Below are positions 17,630-26,056 of a stretch of 64,000 bases of DNA, one piece after another. The notes under the pieces were generated by a model. That model was given only the letters and a program-made list of their open reading frames with translations. It did not search any database and had not been told where the DNA came from. The DNA lies in contig OY729431.1 of assembly GCA_963422395.1 (NCBI GenBank), positions 2,016,001-2,080,000 of the forward strand, given 5' to 3'. The stretch comes from Vicinamibacteria bacterium (GTDB lineage Bacteria > Acidobacteriota > Vicinamibacteria > Marinacidobacterales > Marinacidobacteraceae). The translations under genes and the position numbers were made by a program. Each line of letters begins with the position of its first letter. The first letter of the stretch is position 1.

Positions 17630-20600
17630 ATGCCGATGCAGTTCCTGAAGAGCCCGCGGGCTGCGGTTCGGATCGCGGCTGCTCGACGGTTCCTGGGCCG
17701 GCTCGATCCGGGAGCGCCGTTCCTCGCCATCGGACAGCATCGCCATGCCGCCGATCGGCTCTGCCACGAGATCATCGAAACGCGGGAGCTCCGGAAAGGG
17801 GCTCTGCTGGGAGCTTTCCGCTACGGATTCGCCGCGCTCGCCGCGCGCCTCGCCGCACCCGAACTGGCGGCCCGGGGGATGGAGCCGCTCTCTCCCGCCG
17901 TCCGGTTGGCCTGCGTCGTCCGGGTGCTGCATCGCGCCCGGCGGGCCGGGACTCTGGGCAGGTTCGGGGAGGTGGCGCGGGGGCCGGGACTCGCGGCGCG
18001 GCTGGCGAGCACTTTCGACGAACTACGCCGCACCGGGATCTCCGCCCAGGGGACCGCCGACGCGGATCCCGATCTCGGCCGGCTCTACTCTCGCTATATC
18101 GAGACGCTCGACGGGTCGCGGCTGGCTGACCGCGCCGAGATCTTCGACGCCGCCCGGCGGAACCTCGAGGCGGGCGCCACCCCCTTCGCACGGAGGCCGG
18201 TGGGGCTTCCCGCAGTGTTCCTGGATGTCCCGCTCCACGACCGTTCGGCGAAGCGCTTCGCCGCCGCGCTGGCCGCCGCCTCCCCGGCGGTCCTGTTCAC
18301 GATCCCCACCGGGGACGACCTGACCGGCAAGACCGTGCTGGATTTCGGGGCTGCGCCGGACGCCGGCGGGGAAGTCGGCGGAACCGCGCCAGACGACGCC
18401 GTAGCGGCGGTGCAGCAGTGCCTGTTCGAGACTCGGCGTCCGGATCCACACCCAGACCCCTCGGTCGAACCATGCGGGCTCACCGTGATCTCCGCGCCGG
18501 GGAACGCCGCCGAGGCGCTTGCGGCGGCGCGCATCTTCCTGGCGGAAGCTTCCGGCGGGACCGCCTTCGATCGAATGGCGGTGCTGCTCCCGAATCCCGG
18601 CAGGCAAGCATCCGGGTTCCGGGAAGCGTTCCAAAGGGCTGGGATTCCGGCATTCTTCGAAGCCGGCGCCCGCCTCCCGCATCCGGCAGGCCGCGCATTC
18701 CTCGCGCTTCTCGACTGTGCCCGCGAAGATCTCTCCGCCGCCCGGTTCGCGGAGTACCTCTCGCTCGGGGAAACCCCAGGCGGAGGTGCCGACCACGGGA
18801 TGGCTCCGGGGGAAGCCACCGATCCCGAAGGGACCGGCCAGAAGGTCGACGACCCCTGGGCCACTGCCCCCCCGGGTGCCTCGGATAGGGAACGCGGGGA
18901 CGAAGAAGCGCCCCGCCGCTGGGAACGCCTCATCCGGGACGCCGAGGTGATCGGGGGCCTCGACCGTTGGAAGCGTCGGCTCGCGCGTTTCCGCGACCAG
19001 CTCCGGCGGGACGAAGAGGCGGAGGAAGATCCCGCGAGGCGGGAGCAGATCCGGCTCCGCCGGGAGGACATGCGCCGGCTGACGGAGACCGCGCTCCCGA
19101 TCCTGAACCTGCTCGATCGGCTGCCTGCTCCGCACGCCCGCTTCGGAGAATGGGCGGAGCACCTCGGAACATTGGCGCGCACCGCCCTCCTCCATCCGGA
19201 GGGAGTGATCGAGTGCCTGGACGAGACCGCACCGATGCGCGAAGTGGACGAAGTGACCCTCATCGAGATCCGGAGGAGCCTCGGGCGGCGCCTTTCCGAG
19301 GTGGTACCCCGCTCCCGCGGCAGCCGTTACGGCCAGGTGTGGGTCGGACCGATCGAGGCGGTGCGCGGGCTCGATTTCGAAATCGTGGCGGCGCCCGGGC
19401 TTTCGGAGCGAGCGTTCCCGCGCCCGATCCGTGAGGATCCCATGCTGCCCGACCGGCAGCGGCGCCTGCTGTCGCCGGAACTCCCGCTCCGGGAGGACTT
19501 CGTGGAGCGCGAGCGTCTCCGCCTGCGCCTGGTGGCGGGGGCGGCGACGCGCCGGCTCTTCCTCAGCTACTCCTCGCTCGATCTCGTCGAGGGGCGGCAG
19601 CAGGTCCCTTCCTATCACCTCGCCGAGGCATTCCGGGCGGGGCTCGGCCGGATCCCCACGCTGGGCGCTATCCGGAAGGCCGCCGGAGAGTCCAGCGGAG
19701 TCCTCCGCGGGCTCCGCGCCCCGAAGGATTCTTCGCTCGCCATCGATCGGCGCGAGTTCGACCTCTCGTGCGTCGCGAAGGCGCTCGGAACTCCCGAAAC
19801 TCCGGGACGCCCGGGGGCTGCTGCCTTTCTGGTCTCGAATCCCGCACTCGGCCGGGCGCTCCGCCAGGAGTACCTGCGGCAGTCCCGGAAGTGGCAGTCC
19901 ACCGATGGTTTTCTGTTCCCGAACCAGCCCGCGCTCGCCGCGCTCGCCGCCCACCGGCCGGCGAACCGGGCATACTCGGCGACCGGCCTCGAGTCCTTCG
20001 CCGCCTGCCCCTACCAGTTCTTTCTCAAGAACCTGATTCGGCTGCGGCCGACGGAACGGCCCGACGCGGTGGTGCAGCTCGATCCCTTGAGCCGCGGCTC
20101 GCTGCTGCACGAAGTGTTCTTCCATCTGGGGCAGCAGTTCCGGGCGCAGGGCCTCGCACCGCTCACCGAAGCGAGGCTCGATGAGGCGTACTCCGTCCTC
20201 GACGATGTGTTCCGGCAGGTGGAGGCGGAGCAGAAGGATCGGCTGGCGCCGGCAGTGGAGCGGATCTGGCGCGACCAGATGGACGGTCTGCTCGGCGACC
20301 TGCGCGGCTTCCTGGAACGGCTGGCCGGAACCGGCGTCGAAATCGTCGCGAACGAGTTCACCTTCGGGATGCCGGCGAGACAGCCCGCCGACCCGCGCAG
20401 CACGAGCGAGCCGGTGCTGCTACCGGGCGGGCTCCGCCTCCACGGCTCGATCGATGCGGTGGAGCGTCTTCCCGACGGAACGACCCGAATCACCGACTAC
20501 AAGACCGGCCGAGCTTCCACCGAGACCTGGCGCAACCGGAACGAGCGGATCCTCTTCGGCGGCAAGTCGATGCAGCCGCTCCTCTACGCGCTCGCCCAAG

Positions 20601-20920
20601 AGGCACTTTCCGGGGAGCCGGTCGCTTCGGGCCGCCTCTACTACTCCACCGTCCGCGGCGCTTACTTGCAGACGGAGGTGGACACCGGGAGCCCGGAATC
20701 GCGGCAGGTCTTCGAGAAGTTCCTCGCGGCCCTGGACCGCGCGGTCGCACACGGCCGGTTGCCCGCCCACCCCGATCCGGGACTTCGTTACCTCGTCTGC
20801 GACTCCTGCGACTACCTCCCGGTGTGCGGACCGCACCCGGCCGCCCACCACCGGACCAAAGCCGGGCCGGAGGTCGCCGCCGCGCTCCGCGAGGCCCGGG
20901 AGATCCGTCAGCTTCCTTGA
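17630..20920 (+). CDS. addB: AddB-like subunit: inactive helicase fold plus PD-(D/E)xK nuclease with Fe-S staple
   Basis: RGLDFEIVAAPGL..FP, YSATGLESFAACPYQF, GSLLH, GSIDAV, TDYKTG, QPLLY, CDSCDYLPVC; directly upstream of an addA-like gene. Confidence 0.8.
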   Translation: MPMQFLKSPRAAVRIAAARRFLGRLDPGAPFLAIGQHRHAADRLCHEIIETRELRKGALLGAFRYGFAALAARLAAPELAARGMEPLSPAVRLACVVRVLHRARRAGTLGRFGEVARGPGLAARLASTFDELRRTGISAQGTADADPDLGRLYSRYIETLDGSRLADRAEIFDAARRNLEAGATPFARRPVGLPAVFLDVPLHDRSAKRFAAALAAASPAVLFTIPTGDDLTGKTVLDFGAAPDAGGEVGGTAPDDAVAAVQQCLFETRRPDPHPDPSVEPCGLTVISAPGNAAEALAAARIFLAEASGGTAFDRMAVLLPNPGRQASGFREAFQRAGIPAFFEAGARLPHPAGRAFLALLDCAREDLSAARFAEYLSLGETPGGGADHGMAPGEATDPEGTGQKVDDPWATAPPGASDRERGDEEAPRRWERLIRDAEVIGGLDRWKRRLARFRDQLRRDEEAEEDPARREQIRLRREDMRRLTETALPILNLLDRLPAPHARFGEWAEHLGTLARTALLHPEGVIECLDETAPMREVDEVTLIEIRRSLGRRLSEVVPRSRGSRYGQVWVGPIEAVRGLDFEIVAAPGLSERAFPRPIREDPMLPDRQRRLLSPELPLREDFVERERLRLRLVAGAATRRLFLSYSSLDLVEGRQQVPSYHLAEAFRAGLGRIPTLGAIRKAAGESSGVLRGLRAPKDSSLAIDRREFDLSCVAKALGTPETPGRPGAAAFLVSNPALGRALRQEYLRQSRKWQSTDGFLFPNQPALAALAAHRPANRAYSATGLESFAACPYQFFLKNLIRLRPTERPDAVVQLDPLSRGSLLHEVFFHLGQQFRAQGLAPLTEARLDEAYSVLDDVFRQVEAEQKDRLAPAVERIWRDQMDGLLGDLRGFLERLAGTGVEIVANEFTFGMPARQPADPRSTSEPVLLPGGLRLHGSIDAVERLPDGTTRITDYKTGRASTETWRNRNERILFGGKSMQPLLYALAQEALSGEPVASGRLYYSTVRGAYLQTEVDTGSPESRQVFEKFLAALDRAVAHGRLPAHPDPGLRYLVCDSCDYLPVCGPHPAAHHRTKAGPEVAAALREAREIRQLP

Positions 20921-20941
20921 ACGCCCGTTGAAAGTCGAACG

Positions 20942-23900
20942 ATGACCTCGGTGGAGAGTCTGCCGGACGCCGCCGCGCGCGAGCGGATTCGCACCGACCA
21001 CGGCACCACGCTGATCGTGGAAGCCGCCGCCGGGACCGGGAAGACCACCGAGGTGGTCCGCCGGATCGTGGAGCTGATCGCAGTCGGACGGGCCGAGGTC
21101 CGCCAGATCGCGGCGATCACCTTCACCCAAAGGGCCGGAGGCGAGTTGCGTCTGCGGATTCGGCAGGGGATCGAAACCCGGATCGAAGCCGAGCGCGCAA
21201 GCGGGGGCGATCCGGCGGCGCGGGTGCAGCTCGAACAAGCGCTGGCACAGATCGAAGAAGCCTCCATCGGGACGATCCACACCTTCTGCGCGACGCTGCT
21301 CCGCGAACATCCGGTCGAGGCCGGAGTAGACCCCGATTTCGAGGTCCTGGCCGACCGGGATCGACGCATCTTCTTCGATCGGGTCTTCCAGCAGTTCGCG
21401 GTCGAGCAGCTCGCCTCCCCCGAGCCGGGAGTGGCGCGCCTGCTGCGCTGCAGCCGGAATCCGAAGGAAAGCCCTCTCGATCTGCTTCGGGAGGCGGGCT
21501 CCCGGCTCCTCGATCACCGGCACCTCGACGCTCCCTGGACACGAAAGCCTTGGAATCGGCAAGTAGAGATCGAGCGCCTTCTCGGTGAAGATCTGGAGAT
21601 CTCCAGGGACGACCCGCGCTCCGGCACGCCGAAGACGGGGACCGTTCCATCGCTCTCTTCCCTGGAAGCCCTCTACCGGAAGTTCCGGGATCCACCGGGT
21701 GCCAGAACCAACTGGCTCGTCGCTTCGATGGCGGAGGCGGCCGACCTGATGCGGGAGATACGGCTCCGCGAGGCCGCCGGAGTAGGGGATCCGGACTGGA
21801 CGGAGCAGGCGCTCGCGTCCTTGCGGATGAAACGCCACCGCGGCTTCGTTCCGACCGGCGCGCCAGCCGACCTCCGCGAGCAGCGGGACGCCTTCGGCGA
21901 TCGGCTCGATCACTTCCGGGAGCAGAGCCGAGCCGACCTCGCCGCGCTGCTCCGCGAAGACCTGCGGGGTCTGGTCGCTCTCTACGAAGAAAGGAAGCGG
22001 AAGGCCGGACTCCTCGATTTCGACGACCTGCTCCTCTTCGTCCGCGGCCTGCTGCGTGCGAACGCCGCGCTGCGCGCCGAACTGCGGGGCCGCTTCCGAC
22101 AGATCCTGGTGGACGAGTATCAGGACACCGATCCGCTCCAGACGGAAATCCTGCTGCTGCTCACCGCTCAGGACCCGCCGGGCGGCGACTGGACGGAGGC
22201 GGTTCCGATCCCCGGGCGTCTTTGCCTGGTCGGAGACCCCAAGCAGTCCATCTACCGCTTCCGGCGCGCCGATGTGCGTCACTACCTCGAAGTCAAAAAG
22301 CATCTCCTGCGCAGCGGCGGCGCCGAAGTCCGGCTCACCACGAACTTTCGCTCGGTGCCTGTTCTGTGCACCTTCGTCAACGAGGTCATGGAGCCGGTCT
22401 TCAGGCAGGCGGAGGGAGTGCGGCCGCTGGCGCGGCAGGTGGACTACTCCCGGCTCCAGCCGTTCCGGAGCCCGCTGCCCGGCAGCGCCCCCCTGGCACC
22501 GATTCCGCTCTCCTCCGAGTATCTCCGCAACCTCGAACAGGAGGAACCTGCCGCGGTGGCGAAGTTCGTCGAGCAGCTCCTGGAAAGCGGCTTCGAGGTG
22601 ACGGACCGTGAATCCGGCGCGGTGCGTCCGGTGGAGCCCAGTGACATCTGCATGCTCTTCCGCCGCTTCCGCTCCTATCGAAAACTCGTGCCGCAGCGCT
22701 ACGCGGAAGGACTCGTGGAGCGGGGGATTCCGCACGCCCTCGGCGCCGTCCGGAGTTACATCGGCAGCGCCGAGCTCGTGAGCCTGCGCGCCGCCCTCAC
22801 CGCGATCGAATTCCCCGACGACGAGCTGAGCGTCTATGCGGCACTGCGCGGCCCGCTGTTTTCGATCCCGGATCAGGACCTCTTCCTCTTCCGGGAGGGC
22901 CGCGGGGGGCGGCTCCGCCCTTCGGACGCCGCGCAGCTCGAACTCGGGGACGACGCGAGCGACGCGGACCGTGCGATCCGGGAAGCGCTGCGGTTCCTCT
23001 TTCGGCTGCACCGGCAGCGCAACCACCTGCCCATCGCGATCACCCTTCAGGCGCTCCTCAGCGAGAACCGCGCCGAGTCCGCCTTCGCCTTCTGGAAATC
23101 GCCCGATCAGGTGTTCTCGAATCTCCGCCGGCTCACCGAAGCCGCGCGCGCATTCGAAGCACGAGGCGGGTTGTCGTTCCGCGGCTTCGTGGAGCAGCTC
23201 GACGCCGAGGTCGAGAATCCAGGTTTCGGCCCCTCCCAGGCGATGGACGAGGATGTGAGCGGAGTGCGGATGATGACGATCCATTCCGCCAAGGGCCTCG
23301 AGTTTCCGGTCGTGATCCTCTGCGACGCGGCACACACCAGAAACGCGCGCGCCCAGCGGATCGTCCGGCCCGAGCGAAACCTCCACGCCTGCGATCTCGG
23401 CGACCGCCTGTTCCCCTGGGATCTGCTCGAAGGGGCGGACCGGGAGGAAGCCGAAGGACTCGCCGAAGAGGACCGGATGCTCTATGTGGCGATGACCAGG
23501 GCGCGCGACCTGCTCGCTGCACCGGTGTTCGATCTGCGGTTCGAGAACGACAGCATGCTCCGACCGGTCTCGCGCGGGTTGAGCCGTTTCCGCGAATCCA
23601 GCGAGCGGAACACCGATCCGACCGGCTGGTCTCGGCGGAGCGCAGCGAAGTGGGAGATCCTGAAAGCAGCCGGGAACGAAACGGCAGCGAAGGAGGGCGA
23701 ACAGGCCGAGAGGGGGTTCCTCGCCCGACGGCGACTGGCCCTCGAGACCGGGCGGATTCCCCGCCGCCGCACCACGAAGGCCGCCGTCTTCGTCGCGGAG
23801 ACAGCGAGCGAAGAGCATGACGCCGCCGCGGGGGAGCTCCACATTCTCTCCCGTGATCCGGACTGCCCGAGCGGCGCCGGGTTCGGGAACCTCGTCCGCC

Positions 23901-24424
23901 AGGTGCTCGACCGGGTGGACTTCAGCGCTCCCGCCGAAGCGGTGCAGCTCGAAGCCGAACGATCGGCCGGAGAACTCGATCTTCCGGGCGAGTTCGCCGC
24001 TTCGGCAGCAAAGACAGTGCTCGCCGCCCTTCGGCACCCCCTGATCGAGGCGGCGCGGGAGGCAGCGGTGTGCTACCGGGAGCTGCCCCTGCTGCACCTG
24101 GAGGAAGCGGCGCCCGGAGTGTTCGCGGGCCGGGCGGCGATCCCCACCGGCCCGTTCCTCGCCGTTTCGGCACTCGATGCGGACGGAGCGGATGGGGCGG
24201 GCGAAGGCGCCGCCGTCCTGGTCGAGGGGGTCGCCGACCTCGTTTTCCGCGCCGCGGCGGCCGAGCCCTGGACGGTGGTGGACATCCGGACCGACGGCTT
24301 CGGGCCCGAAGATCCAGTGACCCGAGAGACCGTGAAGTGCTGGCAACGACTGGTCGCTCTCTCCGCCCGCGCCGTCTCGCGCGCCACCGGCGACCCGGCG
24401 AAAGCGGCCCTGCTCCTCGTCTGA
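20942..24424 (+). CDS. addA: AddA-like UvrD superfamily-1 helicase with a degenerate C-terminal nuclease domain
   Basis: AAAGTGKT, TIHTFC, VDEYQDT, VGDPKQSIYRFRRAD, TNFRS, MTIHSAKGLEF, LYVAMTRARD. Confidence 0.88.
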   Translation: MTSVESLPDAAARERIRTDHGTTLIVEAAAGTGKTTEVVRRIVELIAVGRAEVRQIAAITFTQRAGGELRLRIRQGIETRIEAERASGGDPAARVQLEQALAQIEEASIGTIHTFCATLLREHPVEAGVDPDFEVLADRDRRIFFDRVFQQFAVEQLASPEPGVARLLRCSRNPKESPLDLLREAGSRLLDHRHLDAPWTRKPWNRQVEIERLLGEDLEISRDDPRSGTPKTGTVPSLSSLEALYRKFRDPPGARTNWLVASMAEAADLMREIRLREAAGVGDPDWTEQALASLRMKRHRGFVPTGAPADLREQRDAFGDRLDHFREQSRADLAALLREDLRGLVALYEERKRKAGLLDFDDLLLFVRGLLRANAALRAELRGRFRQILVDEYQDTDPLQTEILLLLTAQDPPGGDWTEAVPIPGRLCLVGDPKQSIYRFRRADVRHYLEVKKHLLRSGGAEVRLTTNFRSVPVLCTFVNEVMEPVFRQAEGVRPLARQVDYSRLQPFRSPLPGSAPLAPIPLSSEYLRNLEQEEPAAVAKFVEQLLESGFEVTDRESGAVRPVEPSDICMLFRRFRSYRKLVPQRYAEGLVERGIPHALGAVRSYIGSAELVSLRAALTAIEFPDDELSVYAALRGPLFSIPDQDLFLFREGRGGRLRPSDAAQLELGDDASDADRAIREALRFLFRLHRQRNHLPIAITLQALLSENRAESAFAFWKSPDQVFSNLRRLTEAARAFEARGGLSFRGFVEQLDAEVENPGFGPSQAMDEDVSGVRMMTIHSAKGLEFPVVILCDAAHTRNARAQRIVRPERNLHACDLGDRLFPWDLLEGADREEAEGLAEEDRMLYVAMTRARDLLAAPVFDLRFENDSMLRPVSRGLSRFRESSERNTDPTGWSRRSAAKWEILKAAGNETAAKEGEQAERGFLARRRLALETGRIPRRRTTKAAVFVAETASEEHDAAAGELHILSRDPDCPSGAGFGNLVRQVLDRVDFSAPAEAVQLEAERSAGELDLPGEFAASAAKTVLAALRHPLIEAAREAAVCYRELPLLHLEEAAPGVFAGRAAIPTGPFLAVSALDADGADGAGEGAAVLVEGVADLVFRAAAAEPWTVVDIRTDGFGPEDPVTRETVKCWQRLVALSARAVSRATGDPAKAALLLV

Positions 24425-24560
24425 CCACTCCGCACCCATCGACCGACAGGCTGCGGGTCCGCAGCCTGTTCGCACCTGCCGCTCCCCTGCATAGAATCTT
24501 CCTGCGGTCTGGTTCCGCCGCCGGGTCCGGTTCGGACACGCGGCGACCTGCCCGGGATCC

Positions 24561-24968
24561 ATGACGCCGCACCCTCGCATCCGCCGATGGCGTGGATTTC
24601 GCCGCGCCCTTTGGATCCTTCGTGCCGAGGTCGTCCGCGCCGTCGTGGAGAGGGTGCGCGACTTACGGGCCCGACCGAGCCGAGCGGCACCGGCACTCAT
24701 GATCCTGCTGACCGGCGCCGCGGCGGCATTCACCGGCTCCCAGGGGCTCGCAGCGCTGAACGAGCAGCGGAGCCAGCAAGAAACCCTTCGGGCAGAGGTG
24801 GAGCGGCTCGAGCAGGAAGCCGCCGATTTCCGGGACGAGATCGCCCTCTTGCGGCGCGACCCGGCGGCCCTCGAACTCCTGGCGAAGACCCGCCATCAGC
24901 TGGTGGAACCGGGGGAAATGGTCGTTCTGCTCCGCTTCCCGGAGCGCTACGGCCCCGAACGGCCTTAG
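24561..24968 (+). CDS. FtsB/DivIC septum formation initiator family protein
   Basis: One TM segment, a coiled coil, then LRRDPAALELLAKTRHQLVEPGE; start uncertain. Confidence 0.75.
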   Translation: MTPHPRIRRWRGFRRALWILRAEVVRAVVERVRDLRARPSRAAPALMILLTGAAAAFTGSQGLAALNEQRSQQETLRAEVERLEQEAADFRDEIALLRRDPAALELLAKTRHQLVEPGEMVVLLRFPERYGPERP

Positions 24969-25042
24969 CAGCCTGTGGATAAAGTGGCGCGAGCCCAAGA
25001 TCGGCGATGCCCAGTCCTCCCGGTGGGGCCCCGCGCGGCGGA

Positions 25043-25816
25043 CTACTCGATCCGGTAGCGCAACGAGAGCGGCTCGCCGGCGCGGTCCACCTTCAGTTCG
25101 ATTTCTCGCGCGGTCTGGAACCGCTGCACCAGCACCACCAGCGACTCCATGCCGCGCACCTCGCGGCCGTTCACCGCGAGCAGTACATCGCCGGGTGCGA
25201 GACCGGTTTCCGCCAGGACGGTGTCCTCTGGAAACGCGATCAGCTCCAGTCCGACCACTTCGTTCCCCTGAATCCGCGGGGCAACCACTGCAGTCTGGAG
25301 AATCCGCGGGAGTTCGGTCTGCAGCCGCAGCCGCACTTCATCCCGCGAGAAGAGCCTCTGGACCGAATCCCCGGAGGCTCCCGGAGCCAGCGTCGAGGGG
25401 GGCAGCGGCGGGTCGCTGCCTTCGGGGAGAGCTTCGGATACGGCGGGCTCGGCGGGAGGGAGGGAATCCGGAGGGACCACGGGCTCTACCCATTCTCGCG
25501 GAGGAGGCGGCAGCGCTGTTTCGGGGAAATGCAACCGGATCGCCTCCCCCTCCGGAGATTCGAGAAGCACCCGGTCCAGAAGGATTTCCATCACCGTGAA
25601 TCCGTGATGGGCCTCGCCGGGGCGCAACGCCCGCGGACGGCCGGTCCCGAACTGCAACAGCGCGATCCCGCCGCCTTCCTGATGGACCAGGCCGTGGAGT
25701 CGAATCTCCGGCGCCTCGACCGGTTGCGCCCGCGTGCCGCCCGAGGCCCCCGAAAGGATGGGCAGCCCGGCGGCGGCCGCGAGTACCGGAACGAAGAGCT
25801 TCGAAGAAAACGACAT
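25043..25816 (-). CDS. GspC-like (type II secretion protein C) protein with C-terminal PDZ domain
   Basis: Signal/TM segment; HR-domain-like IRLHGLV..GIALLQ..LRPGE..ILLDRVLL; Pro-rich linker; PDZ GLAPGDVLLAVNG. Confidence 0.65.
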   Translation of the reverse strand: MSFSSKLFVPVLAAAAGLPILSGASGGTRAQPVEAPEIRLHGLVHQEGGGIALLQFGTGRPRALRPGEAHHGFTVMEILLDRVLLESPEGEAIRLHFPETALPPPPREWVEPVVPPDSLPPAEPAVSEALPEGSDPPLPPSTLAPGASGDSVQRLFSRDEVRLRLQTELPRILQTAVVAPRIQGNEVVGLELIAFPEDTVLAETGLAPGDVLLAVNGREVRGMESLVVLVQRFQTAREIELKVDRAGEPLSLRYRIE

Positions 25817-26056
25817 CCAGGCCCGGTGGGAGACGGAGCAGCCCCGGGAGTGTACGGGGCGCGGCGGTCTCCAGACCGCGGCCAGCGCGATATGCTTCCG
25901 GCGAGCACTCGAGTGTCGGCCTGCGGGCTCGCGGGCCGCTACTCGACCGGCGCTTCCGACTCGCGTCACGGCGTCCGGGCCGTTCCAGGCGGGGCCTTGC
26001 CTGGCGGATCCGGCCGGGCCGCCGCCTGAGCCGTATCGGGATCGTTTTCGTGCTCG

